Assembly (NCBI GenBank): GCA_016906335.1
Contig: JADEYG010000009.1
Span: 186,001-250,000, forward strand
Length of the DNA stretch: 64,000 bases
DNA from: Novakomyces olei
Taxonomy: Eukaryota
Direction of reading: 5' to 3'
Shown here: positions 11,093-22,682 of the stretch, piece after piece
Numbering within the stretch: position 1 is the first letter of the stretch
Layout of the letters: every line of letters begins with the position of its first letter
Made by a program: the position numbers and the translations under genes
The notes under the pieces: generated by a model
Database searches by the model: none
Seen by the model: the letters and a program-made list of their open reading frames with translations, nothing else
What the model was told of the DNA's origin: nothing

Positions 11093-12823
11093 TCATAAGA
11101 GAAAATTAACGAGACGTTTATGCCAAGGGGCCCGGGGCCGTGCACGTTCTTCCTCCTTTGCCTTTTCCTCCAGCTCATCAAACTCTTGCTTTTTCGAAAA
11201 AATATCAATCTCAAAAACCGGGCGCAGGATCGGCCTGTGGCGCCCTCGCAATAGTTTATGCGAGATGTAGATGGTTGCAAAAATTACCAGTCCACAGTAC
11301 GCGCTGACAAAAGAACCCAGTTCCCATTTCCCGGGAAAAAAGAGGTAGAACCCGTGCACAAAAGTGATAAAAGAGCAGCCGACAAGCGAGTAGTAGGGCG
11401 TAAAGAGCCCACCGGGCGCAGAATAATTGCAGAGTGCTCGCAAATCAACGCCCTGGGCAGAAGCGGCCATTTTAAAGCGGATGGAAGTAATCGACACTGC
11501 GATCCAGGAGAGCAGCGAAGTGATAGAAGTAATACTGGCCAGCATGAGAAACACTTTGGAGCTGCCTTTGGAAACGGACATGTAAGAAAGAAGACCGAAA
11601 ACAGCCATGATTCCCACACAGTAGTGGGGGACGCCCCACCGCGTACATTTCCCAAAGATCCGAGGAGCATGGCCTTCAAGGGCCATGCTATTAAGCAGCC
11701 GGGCGCCCGAGTACATTACGGAGCAAGCGCTGCTCCAGGCCGAGGACAGAATAGCCGCGTTGATTATATGGGGGAACACTTTGATTCCCGCAATATCCAG
11801 AGCAATTACAAACGGCGAAGCAGAGGCATTATGGGCCCCGGGCTTGGTGGCATTAAGCAACCGGGCATCGTTGGCCTTGACTGTCAGACCCATAAACAGG
11901 ATTGAGAGCATGTACATGCTGATAATGTATACTTGGAACCGGCGGATTGCCCGGGGCACGTTACGCCTGGGGTTGGCAGTCTCGCCAGAGGCGATATTTA
12001 TCAGCTCTGGCCCAAACCCAAACGAAAAAGCTGCTTGAACAAGGATGGAAAGAAAAGCCAAGAACTGCCCACCTGCGCCGGGCAGAAGGAAGGGTCTTAT
12101 TGGAGCCGGATCCTTCCACAGACTAAAGCCCCGGACCTTGTGATCTGGCCCGCCACCGACGACGATGACAAAGAGGGTACCGATAAGGGCAAAAATAGTG
12201 ACTACTTTAATACTAGCAAACCAAAACTCGGCTTCGCCAAAGAACCTGACAGTGGCCATGTTCAAAGTGACTACGACGAGGTAGAGAATGGTTACCCAAA
12301 TAGCCACATTCACCGACTTTACCCAGTACTCAATCACAATCGCTCCAGCAGTGATTTCGACACATACAATAATCGTCAGGGCAATCCAGTTGTTCCATCC
12401 CACAGCAAAACCAAAGGACTCGTCCACGTACCGCGTAGCAAAATACGGCAGTCCGCCGGGTAGGGGGAGCCACGTGGTCATTTCTCCAAGGCACTGGCAG
12501 ATAGCCCACACAATAGTCGCCAGGTAAGCGTAGCCGAGCAGAGCTCCGATCGGCCCTGCGCGTTCTAGCGAAGCTCCAGAGCCGACAAAGAGACCGGTTC
12601 CGATACACCCGCCGAGACCGATCAACTGGACGTGTCTGCTGTCCAGCGCCCGCTTTGTTTTGCCTTTTTTAGAGATATTACTGTCGTCGATATTTAAAAC
12701 GGACTCATTGTTCATATTCTTCCCAGAATCACCGCTAGCAATTTCGCTCACTACTACCGGGCCCAGCTCCATGTCGACTTGCTGCTTGTCCAGCGAGACT
12801 GCTTTCTGCGATTTTTCTTCCAT
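11093..12823 (-). CDS. Amino-acid permease, yeast amino acid transporter (YAT/APC) family, proline-permease-like
   Basis: RALDSRHVQLIGLGGCIGTGLFVGSG, GEAEFWFASIKV, GETANPRRNVPRA, SPFVIA, PHIINA; about 12 TMs; intronless; ATG taken at 12823 (MEEKSQ). Confidence 0.92.
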   Translation of the reverse strand: MEEKSQKAVSLDKQQVDMELGPVVVSEIASGDSGKNMNNESVLNIDDSNISKKGKTKRALDSRHVQLIGLGGCIGTGLFVGSGASLERAGPIGALLGYAYLATIVWAICQCLGEMTTWLPLPGGLPYFATRYVDESFGFAVGWNNWIALTIIVCVEITAGAIVIEYWVKSVNVAIWVTILYLVVVTLNMATVRFFGEAEFWFASIKVVTIFALIGTLFVIVVGGGPDHKVRGFSLWKDPAPIRPFLLPGAGGQFLAFLSILVQAAFSFGFGPELINIASGETANPRRNVPRAIRRFQVYIISMYMLSILFMGLTVKANDARLLNATKPGAHNASASPFVIALDIAGIKVFPHIINAAILSSAWSSACSVMYSGARLLNSMALEGHAPRIFGKCTRWGVPHYCVGIMAVFGLLSYMSVSKGSSKVFLMLASITSITSLLSWIAVSITSIRFKMAASAQGVDLRALCNYSAPGGLFTPYYSLVGCSFITFVHGFYLFFPGKWELGSFVSAYCGLVIFATIYISHKLLRGRHRPILRPVFEIDIFSKKQEFDELEEKAKEEERARPRAPWHKRLVNFLL

Positions 12824-12909
12824 TGTCGGATACAATATTAGAAGGAAATGCTAAAAGAGCGAACAAGTGGCAGAAAGAGTGGTATAGAAACTGGCCAGGC
12901 TACTGACCG

Positions 12910-14051
12910 AGATAAATATAGAGAGAATGAGCTAGAAGAGCAGCAGTAAAAAACAAGAGCGGGCAAACAAGTGCAGGAAAACAAGTGCAATAGGCAGCCG
13001 ACCTTCTTTACTCTTTCTTTAAAACGTAATGGTAAGCTATTGCTGGATTTGCTGTAGAAAAAACAGACCCTTGCTCAAGGGGAGCAGAAGGAATATGAGC
13101 TTGGGAGAAAGGGGCGAGTAAAGTATATATAATAGTATCACCGGAAAGAAATCAATAATACTTTTAGAGAAGTATAAGCTGGACAGAGAGTACCAGACTA
13201 GTCACCTCCTTGTCTATCTCTAAAGAATGAATTCAGAATCTCAAGCCAGATGATAGCGGCGGTGCTGCAAGCCCCCGTTACTTTATCGTTTCCACTTTAA
13301 ATAATAAAAGATTCATTTTGACCTTTATCATGATAACAAGAGCAAAAGCTATTTCATCAGATTTCAAACAGATAAGCCATATCATTTTCACATACAACTT
13401 ATCTTTGCGCATTGTTAATTCCAAGTAACAGTACTCAGCGCCTATGAAAAAGCCGTTTAATAGGTACCATTGAGCAAATCTCGTGATAAATTCGGACGAA
13501 TCAAATGCGGAGAATGACGAAAACAAACTCATAAAGCGACTAAAACATACATCGACATGAAGTTGGAAATTAAAAGCATAGCGACGAATTCGATAAAGTA
13601 TTCCGTTCAACCAATGACTTTGGTATTAGGTCAAACGGAAAAATAAAAGGAGGAACTAGCAAAGGTTATCTGCTTTAGAGCGTCCGTTTCTGACCTATCG
13701 CGTACAACGGGGCAACGAGGTTTCAAATATTCAAGATATCGACTCGACCGCTCTGCCAATCCCCGGTAAGCTCACGTGACCAGCAAGGTATTAGCAGGGA
13801 GAAAGTGAGATTTGCCCAACCAACCAGATTCGTCGAGACTCACGTGTCGCATAACTTTCTCACAAGAACCGTGATTTTTGTTTACAACGCCAAGGACAGG
13901 ACCCCTAATAGAAATTGCATGGAGGTCGGCGAATTGGATGGGGTTGTGATAAGGAAACGGCGCCCGAGAATACAAATGATTGAAGGGGAACCCGGGCTAG
14001 ACGCCAGCTAGTTTCAAAACACCAAAATTTAGTCCCACCCGGTGCTTATCA
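12910..14051. promoter_or_regulatory. Cluster of HGATAR (GATA-factor) motifs upstream of the amino-acid permease
   Basis: About a dozen HGATAR matches on both strands, e.g. 12910, 13251, the palindromic TTATCATGATAA at 13325-13336, 13370, 13398, 13484, 13591, 13666, 13947. Confidence 0.45.
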
Positions 14052-14322
14052 AAACTAGTGTACAGCCATACACGAACGGAATTGAGCAAAAGAGAATTTC
14101 ACAGCAAATAAATTTAGCATATTTTTTTCTTGTCGGTCGGCCAAGGCCAAAAGAGATTGAAGAATAAACAAAGGAGGGTATAGCAGAGAGAAAGAGGGAG
14201 TCCACAAACAAACCAAAGTCCAAGATTCCAACAAAAGAAGCCATTACAGAAAAGTAAACCCTCCGAGCAACGAACCGAGCTACGAAGCGAGCAACAAAGG
14301 CTCTGAAAGCGTCAATTCCAAT

Positions 14323-16024
14323 TCAAACAGCGGTCGTGCTTGTTTCGCTTTCTGTTGAAGAGAGACCCAACCCCTCCGCCAATCCAGTTTGATGCTTCAT
14401 GTGCCGTGCACGAGCCCAAAACTCTTGTGACTGCAACTCGTAGAGCCTGGACACGGCACGTTTGAAAGCGAACCTCTCGTCTTCTCCAGTGAAAGCGCCT
14501 AGACGTGTAAAGTCAGCGGCAGCAGTATAAGAGCCTTTAGCACCCTTGTCACTACCGCCCTTTGCCAACGGCTCATCCTCCCTGTAAGCGGAGACATTAG
14601 GCCGATACGGAGTGCTCATGTCCAATGCTACATCGCTAAACATCTCCTTGTGCAACGCATCCTCGTCCTGCCCAGAGTCGGCTCCAGCCCTCCCACTTTT
14701 GCAGTCTGGGAAAAAAATATCCTCTGGGCCAGCTTCAGCGGACACGACGAGCCGGACTCGTGACTCGTAGAGAGCGTCGAGCAAGGAGATTAGCCTTCTA
14801 GCCTCGTTTTTCCGTCCCACAGGCAGCTGAGGAAGGTCGTGCAGAACGAGAGTGTGGAAGGCTGTTGCCAGTGCATAGTAGTCTGCTACGCCGAGTTCCT
14901 GTTCGCACAGGTCAGCAAACGAGGAGACGGCTACACCATTGCCCGTGTGAGTTATGGGCACAGCCCGTTTATACACAGACAGGACCCGTGTCTGTAAGTT
15001 ATGGTCTGCGCCAATGCGGGACAGGCAGCGCTCGAATTCGGGTTTGTCGTTTACGAAATAATGGTGCAAATCAGCACTTGAGCCTCGGCGGTAATCGTGG
15101 TGGGAGCGCATATCGTACACGTCACAGCGCTGGAGCAGAAAATCTAAAAATGCCGCTAGCGAACGGCGCTGAGCTTCGGTTACGAATAGATCCTGTGGGA
15201 GCCTATTCGAAGTGGCCAGCAAGACTCCACCGAGACGGAAAAAATGCAGTAAAAACTGCCGTAGAATAGTGGCCGTGGCCATGTCTGGCAGCTGGAACTC
15301 GTCGATGGCCAAGACAGTGGACGACTCTACAAATTCACGTGCCAAAGTTAGCAGCAAGTAGTCCTCGTGCTGGGAGACACGGAGCGCTGTGGCCAAAAGG
15401 TCAATGCCTTGGAATCTATGGATACGCTGGAAAAGCACAAGCATTAGTGCGTGGAAGTGGAAGCGCTGCTTCTTCCGAGCGGGCAGAGCGTCCATAAAGA
15501 GATCGATCAGCATCGACTTGCCCGTCCCTACTTCGCCACAGATAATGAGGCCGCGGGGCGCTCGGCTGCGCAGTACCTCCTCCTCGTCCGTCAAAACCTG
15601 CACCAGCGCCTGCGTCTGCCGTCCGTCCCATCCCACCAAATCCTGGACACGATCCACCACTGACAAAGGTGCCCTTGTGCCTTTTCGCTTTTGCTGCTGC
15701 CGCAAAAGCAGACTGTCCAGTCTCTGCAAGACGCCCTGCACATCCGCGGGAGCCTCGTACCCGCTCAATCGCTCATAGAGCTTACGGAGACTGTACACGT
15801 TAGCTCACGATTGTATACGACGGCTTTGCCATTGATTTTTTTTACTATGTGGCAGCAAGCAATTGGCTCTCGTCCGCCACCAATTGCCCACGCGATACAC
15901 GTGACTGGTAGAGCAGAAGCGGATCTGTAATTGCCGGCAGCGAGCTGCTGTGCCGTGCGCCAAGCACGCGCAGTACGCGTAACGCGTCAAGAGCTCTCTG
16001 CCCCGGCACCGCTCGATACGCCAT
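14323..16024 (-). CDS. AFG1/ZapE-like mitochondrial AAA ATPase (exons 16024-15846, 15790-14323)
   Basis: Walker A GEVGTGKS, Walker B LAIDEFQ, TSNRLPQDL, ARRLISLLDALYE, FAFKRAVSRL. A 55-nt intron (GTAAAA..GCTAAC..CAG) adds an Arg-rich N-terminal exon MAYRAVPGQRALDALRVLRVLGARHSSSLPAITDPLLLYQ...DESQLLAATYLRKLYERL. Confidence 0.88.
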
Positions 16025-17077
16025 TACGGCACCACTCCGGCTAAGCTTAGATTAGATAAGATTAAACCAGGCTGTGCGTTACCGAGATACGATATTCGCA
16101 GCGCCGGTTAGCACGGGCGATTACTTGCTGTCAATTACTTGGCGTCCATTACTTGGCATCATCGATGAGTCGGTATAATCGATCGGGGCTGCGAGGCGCG
16201 AGTAAGGGGGAGCGCGGTAGAAGCTTCGGGTTAATAAAACGGGTGCCGCGGGATAAGGGTCCATATCGAGGCCTGGCTGACGTAAAATTAGTGCATGCAT
16301 ATTGATGTATACATAGATTAGTCGAATGTTGGATACGGATATTACTGCCGAGAATGGGTTATTAATGGCTCTGTTTAATTAATTAAATTAAATTAAGTTT
16401 CCAATAAATCAATTAATTATTCAATTAATTTGGGTTTAAAATTTGTTTATTCAACTCATTAATTAATTAATAGTTTAATTTTTGTTCAATTTTTGTTCAA
16501 CAAGACCGACGATACTGCTCTACTGTTTCATCAATGTGTACTGTACCAAATTGGCGCAGTCTTGGAAGAAATCTGAACGATCTTTACTAGGTTGTTAGCA
16601 AAATTGATCTACGAACAGGCACCAGTTTGATTTGGTAATAATATGATACTGATAGTTATATATATATCGTGACGGCAAAGCCAAGAGAAATATGCAACGA
16701 TGCGTACGCATTGGCCGCAAAAGAATGATGGTATCCACAAAATGAAGTATAAAGGTTGAGAAAATACTGCAAACGTATACTCTCAAATGAGAAGAATAGA
16801 AGAAATATCGACACGAACCGAACCGCAACGGACCAAGCAAATATCAAACGCCAAATATGTATAGACATGTATAAATGTGTATAGATAACCTTGCTAATGA
16901 AAGCCAAAAAAAATAAATAATAAATAAAGTGAAAAAATAAAAATAAAAAATAAAAAAACAGACAAATAATGTACGGGTAAACAAAAAAATGAAGAGCGTT
17001 GTATCAGAGTATGCAATGTCTGAAGGCTGTAGCGAGTCGGACTGCAATCACGACAGTAGAGTCGGCAAGGACTGCAA

Positions 17078-17770
17078 TCACCCAAGACCCCGAGACGAAT
17101 CTATCCGTGGAGCCTCTGCGTCCAGAGGCGAGAAATACCCGTCGTCGTTACTGCCACTGTACAGCTCAGGGGTGTCCACGTTGAGCAGATTTGGAGGCCC
17201 CGACAAAAGCCTCGGTACACTATCATCCAACGGAGTCTGGTGCGAGCTGCCGTCGGAGCTGGTTCCGTCCGAGTCGGAGGCCAATCCCGCTGCAACGGCG
17301 GCCGCTGTTATTCCGGCAATATCGCCCCCGCCCATTCGTAACCGCGAGTGCCGCTTCGACCCGGCCGTCGGGTTCTCCGCTGTACTGCACGCCGCCATAA
17401 TTGGGGCATCAGAGTCGATTGAGGTGCGTGCAGACGTGGACGGGTTATCAAACAAGTTGGCGGAATAGATATAGCAAAAATCAAAAATCGACATGTTGTT
17501 CACGTCATTGGCAACAGCGGTACTGTCGAGCGCAGTTTCAACATCGTCTGGTGTCAGATCCGCAGCTTTGGCCGCAGACTGCACAGTGTGCTTCGAGTCC
17601 AGGTTCGTATTTGCGTGAGCGGCAATCTGGCTTGGCACTGCTGCCACAGACTCGTCAGACGGGCCCGTCCTGCCGGTAAGAACGTGGGTGTGGTTCGAGG
17701 ATTTGAGAAACTCGCGAGACCGCTCTAGCGAAGAGGGCATAGGAGTCCCGCCAGGTATCTGCGTGTGCAT
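17078..17770 (-). CDS. Hypothetical Ser/Ala/Asp-rich protein (230 aa), mostly low complexity
   Basis: GC-richer ATG-initiated ORF between AT-rich flanks, with a T-rich tract downstream on the minus strand. No family recognised. Confidence 0.55.
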   Translation of the reverse strand: MHTQIPGGTPMPSSLERSREFLKSSNHTHVLTGRTGPSDESVAAVPSQIAAHANTNLDSKHTVQSAAKAADLTPDDVETALDSTAVANDVNNMSIFDFCYIYSANLFDNPSTSARTSIDSDAPIMAACSTAENPTAGSKRHSRLRMGGGDIAGITAAAVAAGLASDSDGTSSDGSSHQTPLDDSVPRLLSGPPNLLNVDTPELYSGSNDDGYFSPLDAEAPRIDSSRGLG

Positions 17771-19159
17771 TCTATCTGGAGCTGCGTAGCATTAGGAGAC
17801 GGTTGCAGGTGGAAGCAGTGTGTTTATATTTATTTACAACACGTATAATCATTTATACTGCAATTATTACCACTATGCAGGTATAGCGCATATATCGAGC
17901 CTGACGTTGGTTGATCGGCACAATCGATTACGAGCCGCTTCCGTTTCGGGCCACGATGGAAAGCGTGATCGATCAGTGCAGTACTCGAATAAAAATGGTG
18001 CATGATTAGATATGTAAGGTGAACAGTAAAGTAATATTGAGGCAGTACAAATGGGGTTACCTATCTACACTATCGTATGAGCGATACCGGCACTTACTGT
18101 ATAGTGGGTGTGACAGATAAAGTACGTGAAAAGCAAAAGGAAATATATCAAAAGTTAGCAAGTACATTTAAACTATAATGGTAGTACATCTAAACTATAG
18201 TACTGCATGTAAACTATAGTGGTATTGTAGTGTACTAAGATTATTTTTTAGTTTATCAATTTGTAAAGCCCGGTGTAAAGGCTAATCGGCACCTGCGGCT
18301 TTAATCGGCCCGGCGGCCGGGCCGATCTTGGCTGGATGCTTGTCTTTAGCGTCGATTGTAACAATGCGCGACTGACAGCAGGCATCATGCAGCATTAATG
18401 GCTACCGTCTAGTATATACTTGCTCTTGGACTTCTTAGAAGGCGCGATTCTTACGTAGTTTCTACACCAGAATGCTGCTGAATAGCAATTATGCCTTCCC
18501 ACTCGTTATCTGCCACTGTATATCAACACTATTATTACATGCCATCTGGCACCCGTTACACATTGATTACGACAGGCCAATGTATATGATCTTATCGATC
18601 GATGCAATACTTTAGCGACTGACTTGACGCACTAGCTGGTGCCAAGTAATGTTTCTTACAGGACCTTTATAACTGAAACTTGTCATGTAAGCTGCCAGCA
18701 TCCTTGACGTATTATTTATGATGTATTCGTTAAGTGTTGTGGCGAGGGATTATGTAATATGCACTTAATCATATGGAACCATAATAAATGGACGGGTCCC
18801 CGTCCGTTTAGTGGAGTGGATTACAGAATAGCAAGTGTGCGCAAACCGAGTTCAATGTTTATAAAGAAAACGGAGGTCATTCAAAGAGTAGTACATTCAG
18901 CCAGTCAGCCAGTAGCCAGTTGCTTAACCATTAAATTGGTAATGCTTGCAAGCGTCGAGCCAAGAGGTTCAGGACGATTGGCAACTGTCTGAAATGCCTA
19001 AAAATGATTCACGATTGTTCAATTTACATATTGCTTCTATATGCCCATACTAAACCGTATTAAACAAGCTTGGGCCCCAGCAAAACTAGCAAACCAAATA
19101 ATTGGTTCGAAGACGAGCATAGCATAAATTGTCATCAATGGCAAACATAACGGTTCATA

Positions 19160-20296
19160 TCATAAACTCGTTAATCCACGTTCATGCGCTTTTGTGATAA
19201 TTGCGTTCCGCACCTGGGTATCATCAATATCAGAATCATTCCATCCTACTGGCCGTAAGGGATCGAAAACTTCCTCAATCACGGTCCACGCTGCGTCTTT
19301 AGTAAACTCTGTCGTATCGGACTCAGCACTGCCCTCGATTTCTAATACTCGGAAAAAATCGCGACCGGGAACGCATTTGTCGAGAGCCAGGAAGCGCGTT
19401 TCCTTCACTTCTGTGCGCCGTCTCTTTTTCGCCGGTCTTGTGTCTATTTCTAATTCTGGCTTTTCTTCTTTCTCGATTTCCTTCTCTTTTACCCCTTCTT
19501 CTTTGGCCCCTTCCCTCTCAGCCTCTTGATCTTCGTCGTCCAAGTCGTCTGAAATATCAATCTCGTCAGAATTTGCCTTTTCGTGAACAATGCGGGCTGT
19601 AAAAGCAACATGTAAATGTGATGCAAACCAGTTTGCTGGTTGCAATGAATGCAGAAACGGCCGAGTCGCTGGATTACCTAATCGACCTTCAAGCACTTCT
19701 GTCCGGAAAAAAGGTTTTTTCTTTAGCAATGCCTTCTCGTCGCCAAACGCAGTGATCCCCACGGGCCAATCATGCGTCAGCATTATATCAATGGGCCTTT
19801 GATCGCGGAATAAGGCCAACTGCGCCAATTTAGTCGCGTCATATCGTCGCATATGATACACAGAGCGAACCGTTCGGTCTGTAAAAGGCTCACGCTCGAA
19901 ATGTCCACGGCGATAAGAATTTGCGTTGTAAATTCCCGATATTCCAGCGATACGAAGCCCACGGAACTCCACACAGCCAGTAGCGCCGAGATAGTAAATG
20001 TTATTGCATACGTACCCGCCATTGGGAATACTGCCCAAGAAATTCATGGCCTCGTGGTTCCCGCCTACAAAGATAGTGGGGACAGGCGCCTCTTTTGCTC
20101 CGCTATAGTACTTGTGGAAATCGCCCAGTGCACGGTACTTTGGAGGTATTGAAGCACTTTGCATATCCCCGGGGTTTCTAAATGTTTGAACGTCCCCGCC
20201 AATAATAAGCAAATCAATTTTCGCTTCCACTGCACGTGCAAACAAGGCGTCTAGTGCTCCGTGGCCGCAACCACTGACGCCCACGCGAACGGCCAT
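19160..20296 (-). CDS. DBR1: RNA lariat debranching enzyme (metallophosphoesterase)
   Basis: GCGHG, GGDVQ, PPKYRALGDFHKYYSG, GGNHEA, YHMR, THDWP, SHLH, FLALDKCVP; ATG at 20296 (MAVRVGVSGCGHG). Confidence 0.95.
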   Translation of the reverse strand: MAVRVGVSGCGHGALDALFARAVEAKIDLLIIGGDVQTFRNPGDMQSASIPPKYRALGDFHKYYSGAKEAPVPTIFVGGNHEAMNFLGSIPNGGYVCNNIYYLGATGCVEFRGLRIAGISGIYNANSYRRGHFEREPFTDRTVRSVYHMRRYDATKLAQLALFRDQRPIDIMLTHDWPVGITAFGDEKALLKKKPFFRTEVLEGRLGNPATRPFLHSLQPANWFASHLHVAFTARIVHEKANSDEIDISDDLDDEDQEAEREGAKEEGVKEKEIEKEEKPELEIDTRPAKKRRRTEVKETRFLALDKCVPGRDFFRVLEIEGSAESDTTEFTKDAAWTVIEEVFDPLRPVGWNDSDIDDTQVRNAIITKAHERGLTSL

Positions 20297-20482
20297 AAGT
20301 CTTGCGCAAACTAAATATTGAATATTCAATAAATTAGACGCAATAAAACTGAAAAGTATTCAATGAGAATAATAAATAATAAATAATAAATAATAGATAT
20401 CTTTACTAGCATATCGCATGCTAATTTATAATTAATTGACAAAATACAATAATTGCCCAGTAACCTTAGGCTACAACTCACC

Positions 20483-22237
20483 ATGAGGGTCACGAGGCCA
20501 GGAAGGGCTACGGCGGCAATTATACTGCTCGCCGCAAGATCTCTTGCCACTGTGCCTCGAGGAGTCTCACCAGACCGTATGCTGCTAATTGTACTCTAAT
20601 CTTACCTATAGAGGCTGCACGCTACGTCCCTCACGAAGGCAAATGGACCTGCTTTGATGGAACTCAGATTCCTTGGGAACGAGTTAATGGTGAGACATAT
20701 TACAGCGGAAACGTGAATTGCAACAATTGGGTTGTAGCGGCCAGTCATCAAGTCACTGATATCGCTCAAACCAAGAAAAGAATGGAAAAGAGATGAAAAT
20801 GCAGAGGAAGGAAATTTAAATGTATATATTAACCTTTTTCTAGACGACTATTGCGACTGTGCGGATGGATCAGATGAGCCTGGAACTTCTGCATGTTCAG
20901 GGTTGGTAGAGAACTACTCACGTGCTCCTGTACAATATTTTTATTGTGAAAATGCCGGCTACCGCCCAGCGAAACTCGCGATTTGGGCTGTAAATGATGG
21001 AAAATGCGACTATGACGTTTGCTGCGACGGAAGTGATGAATGGCGTACGGGGGTATGTCCAAACAAATGCGCACAAGTAGCGGCTTTGGAAGCCAAAGAG
21101 TTTGCTGCGAGACTAGAAGAATACGAGGCAGGAGCTCGTATCCGTACTGACTGGGTACGGCAGGCCAAAGCAAAACGTGCGGAGCTGAGCTCTTCACTAC
21201 AAGCGGCCCAGGCACGATTACAAAAAGCGCGTAAAACTTTAGCGTCTGCTCAAGCGGATCTTTTGCAGAAACAGAAGGAAGAGGAACAGACCGGCAATGG
21301 CGCAGGCGAAGATGAAGCAGAATTAATAAAGACTATTCTTGCAGAATTCCGCCAAGCTATTGGCCGAGTAGGAAACGAGGCGACTGCAGCCGCCCTTAAA
21401 GCCAGTATTGCAGGACTCAAGGAAAAACTGGCCAGTCTGTCGCGTAAAGTACGGGACAGGAAAGAAATACGCGTAGTGGCAGCTGCGGTAGACGAATTAC
21501 AACGCGTACTCGATACGGGCGCGTCTCCCAAGACGCTAAAAATGCTTGATGATTTGGAACTTGAAGTAATAAAAGCAGTAGACACTTATCTGCAGGGTGG
21601 ATTACTTGTTCAATATATCCCAAAGTCCTGGCAGACATGGGCCTCTAATTACGTGCACCAAGCGCGTGACTACCTGACGTCGGTTGGCCTACTGGCAGAT
21701 TTGGACGCTCAATCTTCTGACGCCGCTTCTTCACAATCAAAGCCTGTGCGCAAAGCCCAAGAGGCTGTTACTTCCCGAGAAAAAGACGTGGAAAGAGCCG
21801 AACAAGAAGTATCGGAACTTCAGGCTGATTTGTCCCGTGATTATGGGCTGGACGACGTTTTTCTCGCATTAAAAGGACGATGTATTGACCAGTTAATGAA
21901 CGACTATACATACGAAATTTGTTACATGGATCGAAACTACCAAAAACCGCCGAGCGGCCAGGCTTGGTCTCTCGGTGCCTTTGAAGCCTTTGAAGACTCT
22001 GACCGGCTGGTTTCCCGGCACGAACATGGTCAGCGATGCTGGAATGGCCCTGAACGTGCCTCTATATTAACACTGAGCTGTGGTCGCCAGGAGGAGATTG
22101 TCTCTGTTCAAGAGTTCGAGAAATGCATGTATAACATTGAGATGCGATCGCCGATTGCCTGTATCAATCCGCCACAGCCACCAGCAGAAGCAGAGCAGAG
22201 GTCTGGCTCATCGATCCCTCTTCGCGACGAGTTGTAG
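20483..22237 (+). CDS. GTB1: Glucosidase II beta subunit (PRKCSH/Gtb1); exons 20483-20576, 20612-20689, 20844-22237
   Basis: Signal peptide, [58 protein letters not shown], C-terminal MRH domain (GQRCWNGPER, EFEKCMY) and ER-retention RDEL*. Introns of 35 nt and 154 nt. Confidence 0.93.
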
Positions 22238-22451
22238 ATATGGCATTGATACATGAACGATACAAATTGATCACATTATATTTAGCGATATTTGCAAAGA
22301 GCAGATTAAATGACCAGATTGAATGACGAGATTGAATATGACGTGCATTACCATTGTACGGTAATATGGCACAAATTAATATAAAATATTGCGCAATTAT
22401 GGGATAATCACGATATATACTGCTTTACGTATAATAATAAATTAACGCCGA

Positions 22452-22528
22452 TTAATAATAATAATAATAAATAATAATAATAATAAATAATAATAATAAT
22501 AATAAATAATAATAATAATAATAATAAT
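22452..22528. repeat. Imperfect (AAT)n microsatellite
   Basis: Visible run of aat units with a few single-base slips, upstream of the GST-like gene. Confidence 0.9.
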
Positions 22529-22682
22529 TGTAATTGTAATTTTATTAAATATATAAATATATTTATATATGGCACAGCTCGGACCCTTGTCACGGGACAG
22601 TAGGCAGACAAGGCTATTGTGCTTTTGGGCAGCGGCCTTTTCGCGTACATGAGACAAGCCAGTTCTTCGGCTAGAGTGCAAA

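Noticed and set aside
13278..13610. 110-aa minus-strand ORF upstream of the permease
   Set aside because: Non-ATG start, AT-rich promoter-like composition, no recognisable motif.
16989..17468. 159-aa plus-strand ORF
   Set aside because: Antisense to the longer 230-aa ORF; flanking base skew favours minus-strand transcription.
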